Positions 18,798 through 27,423 of a stretch of DNA of 64,000 nucleotides are shown piece by piece (the stretch's first letter is position 1; the number at the start of each line of letters is the position of its first letter). The DNA is from Candidatus Geothermarchaeota archaeon. GTDB taxonomy: Archaea > Thermoproteota > Nitrososphaeria > Geothermarchaeales > JDFR-13. Under the pieces are notes generated by a model. That model did not search any database. It was not told where the DNA came from and saw only the letters and a program-made list of their open reading frames with translations. Position numbers and translations under genes: made by a program. Location: positions 8,897 through 72,896 of the forward strand of contig WAKB01000005.1 of the NCBI GenBank assembly GCA_015523545.1. The letters are read 5' to 3'.

Positions 18798-20074
18798 AGA
18801 TACTCACCTAGACGCCTCTGCTTAGTCCAGAAATCTAGCACCTCGCTCCTCCACATATGCCTAGGGGTCCTCAGCCTGCTGAATATATGGTTGAGGGCCT
18901 CCTTTAGAGATCCAAACCTCAGTGGCCTCTCCCTGAATAGCATACGGACACTCTCCCGCACACTCCACACACCTACTGGGAAGACATAGCCTGGATATGC
19001 CTCCCTAAAGATCACGACCGATGCCTGCCTACCAATCCTATCGAGATACTCGAGGGTGGCTAGGCGTGAGGCATAGTAGCAGCCACCTATATCGGCATAC
19101 TCCCTCCTAGGCCTCCCAAACTCGGCAGAGCCCTCCACCACAACCCTGGTGCCTAGGCGGTTCCAGAAGGTCCCTGGGTACCAGGCCTCCATAAACTCAT
19201 ACATCCATGGCCCTGGCATCAGAAGTGCTACATATCTATTCTCGAGGAAGTCCTTCTCATAGACTAGGTAGGTATCTATCTCTGGGTAGCGCCGAACCCT
19301 CCTGTAGAGCCACCTACCAAGGATATCGTCGACAGCAGTTATCGACCACCTAGTGGGTACGAGTACACGTCCACGCCTCCTCCCAAGACCACCCATGCTG
19401 AAGACCCTTATAATCCTACTAACCTCCACACCTGAGCGGTAAAGCTCGACTACACCCTCCTCAGCCGGTAGATCGGTGTCACCCACCCTCTTCTCGATAC
19501 GGTAATCTATCTTCAGGCTACCCAGTGAGAGGCTCTTAACAGGGGCCCTAGGCCCGAAGGGCGTTATATCCTCGTCTATAACCATTACCCTGACCGGCCT
19601 CCTCTCAAGCTGGATCTCCACCTCTGGGCTTCTACGGGCTATGGCTAGGTCCAGGATGTCGTGGTATAGCCTGTCTCCCCTCCTTGGGAGGTGTTTATCC
19701 ACCCTCCTCCATCCCAGGACCAGCCTACTCCTCAGGCGGAGTATATCCTCTAGGCCTAGGTCATGCCACCTCTCGGGATAGTCGTAGATAGAGGTGTCAC
19801 CAGTCTCCGGAGGGGTGAGGACACCCATAGATACCTTCGGATACCCCATCCTACCTATGAAGACACTTGGAGGGCTCGCCCCATAGATATCCTCTCTATA
19901 CAGCTCCCTATAGCTCTCCATCAACGCCCTATACTCTAGTATGACTGGGCATACTGGCTTCCCACATAGGAGGTCCCTCCCCCTACACCTGACACATATA
20001 CTCTCGCTATAGAGCCTAGGCTTCACAAAGCCATCCAGCACAGGGCCTCCGCCGAAGAGGCTGTCTATATTCAC
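18794..20074 (-). CDS. nreA: Archaeal Nre-family DNA repair protein with C-terminal PIP box
   Basis: N-terminal Cys cluster CVRCRGRDLLCGKPVCPV, about 420 aa. The extreme C-terminus KQRRLGEYL fits the PCNA-interacting motif QxxLxxYL. The GTG start overlaps the nitrilase stop (GTGA). Confidence 0.7.
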   Translation of the reverse strand: MNIDSLFGGGPVLDGFVKPRLYSESICVRCRGRDLLCGKPVCPVILEYRALMESYRELYREDIYGASPPSVFIGRMGYPKVSMGVLTPPETGDTSIYDYPERWHDLGLEDILRLRSRLVLGWRRVDKHLPRRGDRLYHDILDLAIARRSPEVEIQLERRPVRVMVIDEDITPFGPRAPVKSLSLGSLKIDYRIEKRVGDTDLPAEEGVVELYRSGVEVSRIIRVFSMGGLGRRRGRVLVPTRWSITAVDDILGRWLYRRVRRYPEIDTYLVYEKDFLENRYVALLMPGPWMYEFMEAWYPGTFWNRLGTRVVVEGSAEFGRPRREYADIGGCYYASRLATLEYLDRIGRQASVVIFREAYPGYVFPVGVWSVRESVRMLFRERPLRFGSLKEALNHIFSRLRTPRHMWRSEVLDFWTKQRRLGEYL

Positions 20075-20892
20075 GCCTCCTCCCTCTCCAGCTCCTCCCC
20101 GCCTAGGGTGTATAGCTCCGGCCTACGATCCCTCAGTAGGTGGTTCCTCCTAGTTATCCATTTATCCCTAGCCCTCCCGAGATCAACTATAGCGGTGTAC
20201 GCCTCCTCTGTATAGGGCCTAGCCCTATAGATAGGCTCCATATCGGGGGATGATATCTGGCTCATACCCTTGAAGAGGAGCCTCTTATCCCCACGGTCAT
20301 CCATACCCACCCTATTAGCCGTGACTATATATACAGAGTTCTCCCTAGCCCTTACAAGGGTCGCTGTATAGGCGTAGTCGAAGACGAGGTTGCTTGGATG
20401 GGCTATCACATCTGCACCCTGGAGGGCGAGGCTACGAGCAACCTCTGGGAAGGCCCAGTCAAAGCATATCATAACCCCCAGCCTGAAGCCGATGTCGAAC
20501 ACCCTGGGCGGCCTATCCCCAGGGTCGAACCATATCTTCTCCTCGTTGAAGAGGTGTATCTTCCTATATATGCCTAACAACTCACCCCTAGATGCTACCA
20601 CCGCTGAGTTATATAGCCTATCACCATCAGGCTCGGCAACGCCAGCCACTACCGTGGCTGACAACCTTTCGCTCAGCCTAAGAACATGCAGCAGACTGGG
20701 CTCCCAGAACCTCCGCCCCAGCTCCAACGCCTCCTCCCTAGATCGGAAGAGGTATCCTGTATACGTCAGTTCGGGGAGGACTATTAGGTCTGGAGAATCC
20801 AAGGTATCGGCCAGCCTATCTATACGGCCCATGTTCCAGTCTAGATCCCCAAACCTAAGCCTCGGCTGGATAAATCCTAGGGAGACCTCCAT
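20071..20892 (-). CDS. Carbon-nitrogen hydrolase (nitrilase superfamily)
   Basis: Catalytic triad context: PELTYTGY (Glu), YRKIHLF (Lys), MICFDWAFPE (Cys). Confidence 0.85.
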   Translation of the reverse strand: MEVSLGFIQPRLRFGDLDWNMGRIDRLADTLDSPDLIVLPELTYTGYLFRSREEALELGRRFWEPSLLHVLRLSERLSATVVAGVAEPDGDRLYNSAVVASRGELLGIYRKIHLFNEEKIWFDPGDRPPRVFDIGFRLGVMICFDWAFPEVARSLALQGADVIAHPSNLVFDYAYTATLVRARENSVYIVTANRVGMDDRGDKRLLFKGMSQISSPDMEPIYRARPYTEEAYTAIVDLGRARDKWITRRNHLLRDRRPELYTLGGEELEREEA

Positions 20893-20898
20893 TCCAAG

Positions 20899-21600
20899 CT
20901 ATATTCTAAGCCTAGGTACATTAATAAAGAACTCTAGGATCATGCCTATGCCCAGCTTACTCCTACCAGCATATCTACTCCGGAATATGAATGGGACCTC
21001 ACCAAGCCTATGCCCAGCCCTATGGAGTATATAGGCGGTCTCCACCTGGATCATGAAGCCCCGGGATCTAGGTCTATACTTCAGGAGGGTAGATATGGCC
21101 TCCCTACTGAAGACCCTATATCCACTAGTCACATCCCTGATCGGGAGGCCTAGGACTATCCGGGCATATGTATTGGCACCCCAGCTAATTATCCTCCTGG
21201 TTATGGGCCACCCTTCAATACCGCCACCCTCTACATATCGGGAAGCCACTACGAGGTCGAGCCCCTCCTCAGCCTTCCCGAAGAGCCTTGGGAGGTACTG
21301 GGGGTCGTGCTGGAGATCGGCGTCCATCTGGGCTACGTAGTCGTATCCCGTATCATAGCCATATCTATAGCCCGTGTAGAGGGCTGATGCGAAGCCCCTC
21401 TCCCCCCTCCTTATTACATATCCCACCCTATCCCCATACTCCTCCCTGAAACTTCTGAGAATCGCCTCTGTCCCATCCCTACTATCATCATCAACGACGT
21501 AGATGTCTAGCTCTATAGGCTGGCTCAGAATCGCCTCTAGAAGTGTTGGTAGGCTATCAGCCTCCCTATAGGTGGGTATAACTACTAGTCTCCTGGGCAT
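20899..21600 (-). CDS. Family-2 glycosyltransferase, dolichyl-phosphate mannose/glucose synthase-like
   Basis: VVIPTYREADSL, YVVDDDSRDGT and QMDADLQHDP (DxD). Track start is GTG 21609; ATG at 21600 preferred. Confidence 0.85.
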   Translation of the reverse strand: MPRRLVVIPTYREADSLPTLLEAILSQPIELDIYVVDDDSRDGTEAILRSFREEYGDRVGYVIRRGERGFASALYTGYRYGYDTGYDYVAQMDADLQHDPQYLPRLFGKAEEGLDLVVASRYVEGGGIEGWPITRRIISWGANTYARIVLGLPIRDVTSGYRVFSREAISTLLKYRPRSRGFMIQVETAYILHRAGHRLGEVPFIFRSRYAGRSKLGIGMILEFFINVPRLRI

Positions 21601-21612
21601 CGGACGCACCGT

Positions 21613-22746
21613 CTATACCCCTAGCTCCACACCCTCCCCACTACCATGGCTATATCTAGGTCCGCGCCATATAGGCTTGGTCAGCCTGGCATCCACAAAG
21701 CCCTTCACAGCATCCACTATCCTGAGGTGGCTCTCCCCACCCCCGAAAACCTTGGAGACGTCTAGTCCACGCCGCCTCCCAAGCCTCTCCACGGGGATGC
21801 TTGACAACTCATCTATGGAGGCTGTAGTAGCCACTCCACGATCCACGAGGTTGTATAGATCTGGGGACCCCGTTATCAGTGTCACCCCCCTCCTAAGTAC
21901 CGAGGATTCTAGGGCCAGCTCGGGAGAGTCGGTCACGACATGCCTCGAGTTGTTTATCAGGCTTAGATGGTCTAGATAGTCCTGGATCTCTATGGGTATG
22001 ACTAGGTACTTGGTCATCGACTCGTAGTAGAGCCCCATGTCTATAAGCCTCTTCTTCTGCCACTTGGCCAGTGGTATCACGACGTCTATATCCCACTTGA
22101 GGGATGCCTCCCCAACGGCCTCCAAGAAGCGTGAAGGGTCACGGGAGCCTGTGTAGGCCAGTATGTAACGCCTCCTCTCAAGACCGATCTCGTCAAGTAT
22201 ACTGCTGAGCCTCTCCGCCCTAGAGATGTTAGTCAGCACGGCGTCCACTATAGGGGAACCGACGTTGTATAGCTGTTCACGTGGGAAGCCCTCCCTCACA
22301 AGGTTCTCATAGTACTGCCTACCCGGTGTGAGGTTGACTGTGCTGTGCCAGTCAATATACTGCCTGAGATACTCCTCCTCAGACTCTATATAGGTCCTTA
22401 GACCCGACTCTAGATGGATCGTCCTGACATCTAGGCTGGATAGTGTGTCAAGTATCGTCTTGGTGGCTGGTGAGTAGCCAGCCAAGACAGCTAGGTCTGG
22501 CTCATCCCTCTCAACAACCTCCCTAACCTCGTTTATAAGGGCCTCCGTATCCCGATACCTAATAACCCTCCTAGGCTTGTCATACTCGAGGGATATGTAT
22601 TGGAGGCCCTTCTCAAACCATCCATGCTCCTCCACCACATCATAGTGGAGGATGGATATGTCTGTAGACTCGATAAGCTCCCTATATACCCGGGATAAGA
22701 GGATTATTGAGGAGCGGGTGGGGGTGAATATAGCTATAGATGGCAT
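21613..22746 (-). CDS. UDP-N-acetylglucosamine 2-epimerase-like (WecB/Epimerase_2 family) protein
   Basis: From the ATG at 22746 the N-terminus MPSIAIFTPTRSS resembles the WecB start (MKI..V.GTRPE), and NVGSPIVDAV resembles the conserved GNP.IDA motif. Overall similarity is judged weak. Confidence 0.5.
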   Translation of the reverse strand: MPSIAIFTPTRSSIILLSRVYRELIESTDISILHYDVVEEHGWFEKGLQYISLEYDKPRRVIRYRDTEALINEVREVVERDEPDLAVLAGYSPATKTILDTLSSLDVRTIHLESGLRTYIESEEEYLRQYIDWHSTVNLTPGRQYYENLVREGFPREQLYNVGSPIVDAVLTNISRAERLSSILDEIGLERRRYILAYTGSRDPSRFLEAVGEASLKWDIDVVIPLAKWQKKRLIDMGLYYESMTKYLVIPIEIQDYLDHLSLINNSRHVVTDSPELALESSVLRRGVTLITGSPDLYNLVDRGVATTASIDELSSIPVERLGRRRGLDVSKVFGGGESHLRIVDAVKGFVDARLTKPIWRGPRYSHGSGEGVELGV

Positions 22747-22814
22747 CTCGAGGTGCACCTCAGCCCAGGGCCTAGCATCTTTAAATAGGTGGGTCAATAT
22801 AAATTCTACTTGCC

Positions 22815-22988
22815 ATGAGGAATATTAAGCTGGATACCAAGAGTATCCGCTACCGCTGCCTAAAATGTGGAAGCGTCTTCACAGCGACCGTGATCTCACA
22901 GCAGAGCTTCCTCAAATGCCCCAAATGCAACTTCACAGTCCTCGAGAAGGTTAGGAGGGATATGGGTAACAGGGTACTCGCTAGGTAA
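22815..22988 (+). CDS. rpoP: DNA-directed RNA polymerase subunit P (Rpo12)
   Basis: Below the ORF-track size cutoff. Manual translation gives 57 aa: MRNIKLDTKSIRYRCLKCGSVFTATVISQQSFLKCPKCNFTVLEKVRRDMGNRVLAR. The YRC.KCG...KCP.C...K.R zinc-ribbon pattern is typical of RpoP. TATA-like CTTTAAATAGG lies about 27 nt upstream. Confidence 0.75.
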   Translation: MRNIKLDTKSIRYRCLKCGSVFTATVISQQSFLKCPKCNFTVLEKVRRDMGNRVLAR

Positions 22989-22993
22989 CCCCT

Positions 22994-23578
22994 CTAAAGC
23001 TCACCTGTCCCAAGGATCACGGGCAGCTCCTCCAGGAACTCTGGGAGAGCCACCAGGGGGAGCGCTGCTCCAAGCCCCTTCATAATTAATGGCCTCCTCA
23101 TCCTGAGCGAGACTATAAGGGGTATCCTCCTACCAGGGAGATTCCCCAGCTCACCACACTTTGTTTGTAGATCCACTAGTATCCTCCTAGCTACCGAGGG
23201 CGTCAATGGCCGGTTCCACTGTTTACAGTCTATACATAGTATGTGGCCCCTACCTATACCCAGGACATCGACCTCCCTCCTACCCAGCCTAACATTCATC
23301 TCGACCCTGTATCCATAGCTCCTTAGGATATAGGCCGTCAGCCTCTCGAAGCCCCTCCATGTAAGTATACGGGCCACGTCATCCACATATCCCTGGGCCA
23401 GTAGACTCTCCACAACCCTATAGAAGACCTCGTCATCCCGGAGGAGATGCTTCATACTATGGAGGCGTCTAAGCTCCTCCTCGGTCAAGCCGTATAGGTG
23501 AGCCAGCCTCTCCCACTCCCTCCCAGTATGTATAGCGAGGAGGACAACTAGACGTGTGGGGTGTAGCCCCAGATCCAC
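22994..23578 (-). CDS. Restriction-endonuclease-fold (Mrr_cat-like, PD-(D/E)xK) protein with N-terminal wHTH-like region
   Basis: YILRSYGYRVEMNVRLGRREVDVLGIGRGHILCIDCKQW matches the Mrr catalytic-core pattern (D...D/E-x-K). Confidence 0.5.
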   Translation of the reverse strand: MDLGLHPTRLVVLLAIHTGREWERLAHLYGLTEEELRRLHSMKHLLRDDEVFYRVVESLLAQGYVDDVARILTWRGFERLTAYILRSYGYRVEMNVRLGRREVDVLGIGRGHILCIDCKQWNRPLTPSVARRILVDLQTKCGELGNLPGRRIPLIVSLRMRRPLIMKGLGAALPLVALPEFLEELPVILGTGEL

Positions 23579-23581
23579 CGC

Positions 23582-24007
23582 CTAGTCCTCCATGGTTAGG
23601 ATTAGGAGTGGCTTATCAACCCTGTGTATAAGTGATCTGCTCACACTCCTACCTAGGAAGCGTGGCGGCTTCTTCCTCTTTACCAGAACTATTAGATCGT
23701 ATGGAGTCTCGATAGACTCTTCGTATATTGCCTCTGCAACGTCGCGGGCGAAGACAATCTTCTCCGCTACCGTGTAGCCTAGACCCCGGAGCACATCCCC
23801 AATCTCCCGGAGCTTCCCCTGATACTTCTTAATGATCTCCAGCTCCTCCTCACGCACATGGTCCAAACTTGTTACCTGTGGTATGGGGATTGCTGTGAAT
23901 ACCGTGGCCTCCACCTCCTGAGGCCCCACAATCTTGGGTAGGTGTAAATATGGATATGGTGATGTATATAGGCCCACAGGGATGAGGAGGCGCATCACTA
24001 CTTCCAC
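23582..24007 (-). CDS. Universal stress protein (UspA) family
   Basis: About 140 aa with LLIPV...DLIVLVKRKK...GRSVSRSLIHRVDKPLLIL, the typical USP C-terminal motif. It overlaps the preceding RAM-domain gene by 10 nt. Confidence 0.6.
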   Translation of the reverse strand: MEVVMRLLIPVGLYTSPYPYLHLPKIVGPQEVEATVFTAIPIPQVTSLDHVREEELEIIKKYQGKLREIGDVLRGLGYTVAEKIVFARDVAEAIYEESIETPYDLIVLVKRKKPPRFLGRSVSRSLIHRVDKPLLILTMED

Positions 24008-24234
24008 TCACCTATGACTATGCTACTCTGGGTCATGCGGACACCGCTGATCTTCATGATCTTATCCTTGAGGAGGCGTCTAAAGCTCTGAACATCCTCC
24101 ATATCCACCTCAATGAATACGTCGAACTCCCCGGTTATCTCGTAGACCTTAACAACCTCCTCTATCTTGCTCAGCTCCTTACATACGTGGTCAAGCTTAT
24201 TCGGCTCCACCACTATCAGGACGATCGCCTTCAT
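23998..24234 (-). CDS. Stand-alone Lrp/AsnC ligand-binding (RAM) domain protein
   Basis: A 78-aa beta-alpha-beta-beta-alpha-beta pattern: KAIVLIVVEP...VVKVYEITGEFDVFIEVDMEDVQSFRRLL. Confidence 0.8.
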   Translation of the reverse strand: MKAIVLIVVEPNKLDHVCKELSKIEEVVKVYEITGEFDVFIEVDMEDVQSFRRLLKDKIMKISGVRMTQSSIVIGEWK

Positions 24235-24252
24235 ACAATACCACTTCCCACA

Positions 24253-26097
24253 CTAGTCTATATATAGGTAGATAGGCTCGACACCGGCTGGGAGGCGTAG
24301 CAGGCCCCAGCGCCCAGCCTTCCTAAACACCCTCTTAGGGGCTATGAAGGCCGCCTGGTCCACTGAGAGGTCGCTTAGAAGCTTCATAAGACCCTCCTCC
24401 CCACCCACGAATATACGGTGCTCCACTAGATATCCCTCCTCCCTAAGAAGCTGCTCAAGAATCTCCAGCTCCCTGTCGAACTCCCTCGCCAGGTCTATAG
24501 CCACCTTCCCACGCCCATCACTAGGGATGTCTAGATGGCCTATCAGGAAGATCCTATGTATCCTTGGGAGCTGGGTCTCTATAGCTGCTAACACCTTCTC
24601 TGGATCAACCCCAGGTGTGACTATGACAGCAGTCCTCAGGTGTGGAGTGGCTGGCGGGATCTCCTCCACACTCCTCCTCTCAAACACACCCCAGCCCTTC
24701 ACCCACCTATAGAATGTGTAGAGAGCAACCCCTATCAATACCCATGCGAAGCCCAACACCCTGCCGTCCGGGTGGTAGAGCACCACCAGGCTGAAGAGTA
24801 TACCAGTGGATATTAAGCCCACCACAGCCACCAAGCTATACTCGACTCCATTCACCTTTATGTTAAGAGGGGTCTTCCAATTCCTATAGGCATCCTTATC
24901 AAGCTTCCTAAGCCTGATATGGCTCAGGTTCACTAGGAAGTAGCTTAGGAGGGCTCCAAAGTTGTATAGACTAGCTACGAAGTGGATCTCACCTGTCAGC
25001 GCTAGCGATCCTCCTATCAGGCTGAAGAAAACTATGCTTATGTATGGAGTGGCCCTAGTGGGATGTAGCTTACTAAATATCTTAGGTAGCATCTGGAAGC
25101 GGGACATGCTATATACTACCCGTGAAACACCTATCACTCCTGTATTTGTGGAGACCATGTTTATGGCGAATGCTACGAAGGCTACGCCTAGTGAGAATAT
25201 TCCTCCAATAAGCGGGACTTGACTAGCTATAGAGGCTATCGGATTATAGGCCTCCTCAGCCAGCACCTCCCATCCCAGCACACCCAGGCCTAATACTGAG
25301 AAGGCTAGGGTGAAGAAGACCACAGCAACAATCCCTATCTTAAAAGCTCTATGGAGATGCTTCCAAGGATTCCTAGTCTCCTCAGCCGCCTGTGCAATCG
25401 ACTCTATACCTATGTAGCTACTCATGGCCAGGGTTACTCCATATAGGAAATTCTCAGTCTGTACATCGAGTAATCCCGTGTAAGATACATATTTCACCCT
25501 CTCAGGGTTTCCAAAAAAGTTTAGTTGTTCTAGGAACCTACCTAAGTCAAACGCATATAGATAACCCAGTGTCAAGACTGCTAGCTCAGTAGCTATGGTT
25601 ACCAGTACAAGTACAACGTTAAAATCGCTCGACTCCTTTATTCCGATAATGTTTAGGATTATTAGAAAGATGACTATGGTGAATGCTGTTACACCCACCC
25701 CACTAAGTTCCAAACCCAAGAGTTGGACGTCCTCCCTAAGTGAAGGAAGTATGAATGATAGGTATCCTGCCGAGGCTATGGAGAAGAGTGCTATGTTAAG
25801 AACATAATCTAGAAGTATTGCCCAGCCCATGAGAAAGCCTAGAGCATCACCACCCGCCTTTGTCCCATAGACCTGAGCCCCACCAGCGTATGGATATAGC
25901 TCGCTTAGCTCCGCGTATACTAGGCCAGTGGTTATGTAGCATATAGACGCTATTAGGAAGGCTAATGGTGAGAAGCCAGCAGCGTATAGAGCTACAATTC
26001 CTATCGCTAGGAATACGTCGGCACCGACATCCGCGAAGCCCATTGAGAAGGAGCCGAGCAGACCTATCTCCCTCTTAAGCGAGACCTTCTTAGACAT
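24253..26097 (-). CDS. APC-superfamily amino acid permease fused to a C-terminal cytoplasmic USP-like domain
   Basis: About 12 TM helices with APC-like GSFSMGFADVGADVF and SYIGIESIAQAAEE, followed by a soluble tail of about 140 aa (TAVIVTPGVDPEK...AAFIAPKR). Confidence 0.8.
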   Translation of the reverse strand: MSKKVSLKREIGLLGSFSMGFADVGADVFLAIGIVALYAAGFSPLAFLIASICYITTGLVYAELSELYPYAGGAQVYGTKAGGDALGFLMGWAILLDYVLNIALFSIASAGYLSFILPSLREDVQLLGLELSGVGVTAFTIVIFLIILNIIGIKESSDFNVVLVLVTIATELAVLTLGYLYAFDLGRFLEQLNFFGNPERVKYVSYTGLLDVQTENFLYGVTLAMSSYIGIESIAQAAEETRNPWKHLHRAFKIGIVAVVFFTLAFSVLGLGVLGWEVLAEEAYNPIASIASQVPLIGGIFSLGVAFVAFAINMVSTNTGVIGVSRVVYSMSRFQMLPKIFSKLHPTRATPYISIVFFSLIGGSLALTGEIHFVASLYNFGALLSYFLVNLSHIRLRKLDKDAYRNWKTPLNIKVNGVEYSLVAVVGLISTGILFSLVVLYHPDGRVLGFAWVLIGVALYTFYRWVKGWGVFERRSVEEIPPATPHLRTAVIVTPGVDPEKVLAAIETQLPRIHRIFLIGHLDIPSDGRGKVAIDLAREFDRELEILEQLLREEGYLVEHRIFVGGEEGLMKLLSDLSVDQAAFIAPKRVFRKAGRWGLLRLPAGVEPIYLYID

Positions 26098-26143
26098 GGA
26101 TCTCCGAACCCACCCCTCCCTCTACCCGGAGATTAAGATATCT

Positions 26144-27313
26144 TCATATGCGCCGCCTAGATTTAAGGGTGATATAGAGGTATACCAGGACTGGCAGGGT
26201 GGCGTAGAAGAGCAGGGTCACTAGATTTACATAGTACTGGATCCTCAGGAGAGCTATAAAGAGACCTACAATGAGGAGGTATGCCAACATGACATAAGTG
26301 TCTAGACTACTCCTCCTACGCCTGGCTCTTCTACCAAGGTATGTGGCTAATAGTGAGACTACAACCATATAGACAAGCCCATACAAGGAGTAGATCGTCC
26401 TTCCCCTAACGGCATTCTCCAACTCATCAGTATTTAGGAAGATGATGTCCACATCACCTATTCCAAGGGAGTAGACAATATCCTCAAGCCCCTCTTTTAT
26501 GGAGACCGGCCTAGTCACAGCTTCCAGATAGTCTTTGAACCCTGTTAGTCTCCACTCTACACGGAGTACCTCACCAGAGACCACTGGATACGTTATGTCT
26601 AGGATGTCTACATAGGTATCCAGGTTCACCAGTAGGTAGATTGGGGGTGTTCTCTTGAAGTTGTAAGTATCCCCGTCATAGCTAACTTCCTCGGGGATCC
26701 CCAGAGATGTTCTGAGGGGTTCAGTATCCATGAATATGAATGTGTATGTCATGTTTATTGACAATACGCTTGGATAGTAGAAGGCGAGCCACTTCTCGTC
26801 GAGCACTACCTCAAATATCGGATCATCCCTCAACCTATACTTCTCGTCAAGCACTATTAGAACCTCTCCATCCTTTGGCTCGTCCAGTCCTAGCTCGTTG
26901 AAGTCTGGAGATGCTAGGAAGAATTGTATGCGTGGGATTGAGAAGCCAGCAAAGTATTTGCTGTCGAAGCCGCCGAAGAACAGGTTTATATTTATGTAGC
27001 CAGCTCTGTAGACCCATTCAGTACCCGGCTGGGCTATATAGAGAAATCCATAGACCCTATCCGGTTCTAGCCCAGCCAACTCCCTTGTAAGATTGTTGAA
27101 CTTGGGTTGTGTAACGTTCTCTTCCTGGAATGAGAGGCTATATATCTTGGCGACTACACCCAGCTCAATACCGGATACAATGGTGTCAACCTCGTTTTTT
27201 GTTACCCAGTAGGTTATGAATAATCCTAGGATCAGGGCTAGGAGATATATCGCTATCAAATAGTGTGTGACGCCTCTTCTCACATGCCTAGACATACCAT
27301 TATATGTTGGCAA
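26144..27313 (-). CDS. Hypothetical membrane protein (N-terminal TM, extracytoplasmic domain of about 270 aa, C-terminal TM pair or triple)
   Basis: ORF plus a clear hydrophobic N-terminal anchor (YLIAIYLLALILGLFITYWV) and C-terminal TMs flanking an RRARRRR loop. No family recognised. It has its own TATA (AAATTTTTATATTACC) and lies after a T-rich stretch downstream of the SBP gene. Confidence 0.5.
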   Translation of the reverse strand: MPTYNGMSRHVRRGVTHYLIAIYLLALILGLFITYWVTKNEVDTIVSGIELGVVAKIYSLSFQEENVTQPKFNNLTRELAGLEPDRVYGFLYIAQPGTEWVYRAGYININLFFGGFDSKYFAGFSIPRIQFFLASPDFNELGLDEPKDGEVLIVLDEKYRLRDDPIFEVVLDEKWLAFYYPSVLSINMTYTFIFMDTEPLRTSLGIPEEVSYDGDTYNFKRTPPIYLLVNLDTYVDILDITYPVVSGEVLRVEWRLTGFKDYLEAVTRPVSIKEGLEDIVYSLGIGDVDIIFLNTDELENAVRGRTIYSLYGLVYMVVVSLLATYLGRRARRRRSSLDTYVMLAYLLIVGLFIALLRIQYYVNLVTLLFYATLPVLVYLYITLKSRRRI

Positions 27314-27423
27314 TATATCCTCATAAAAGGGTTCTCTACTAAGATGTATGGAGACTTTTCCCCGGACGATATATAGGTAATATAAAAATTTTGGAGGGTT
27401 TTAAAAAGGAGGGGTTGGGTGGG

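Noticed and set aside
20390-21034. 214-aa ORF antisense to the nitrilase and GT2 genes
   Set aside because: It spans two well-supported minus-strand genes and their junction, and has a low-complexity Ser/Leu/Pro composition.
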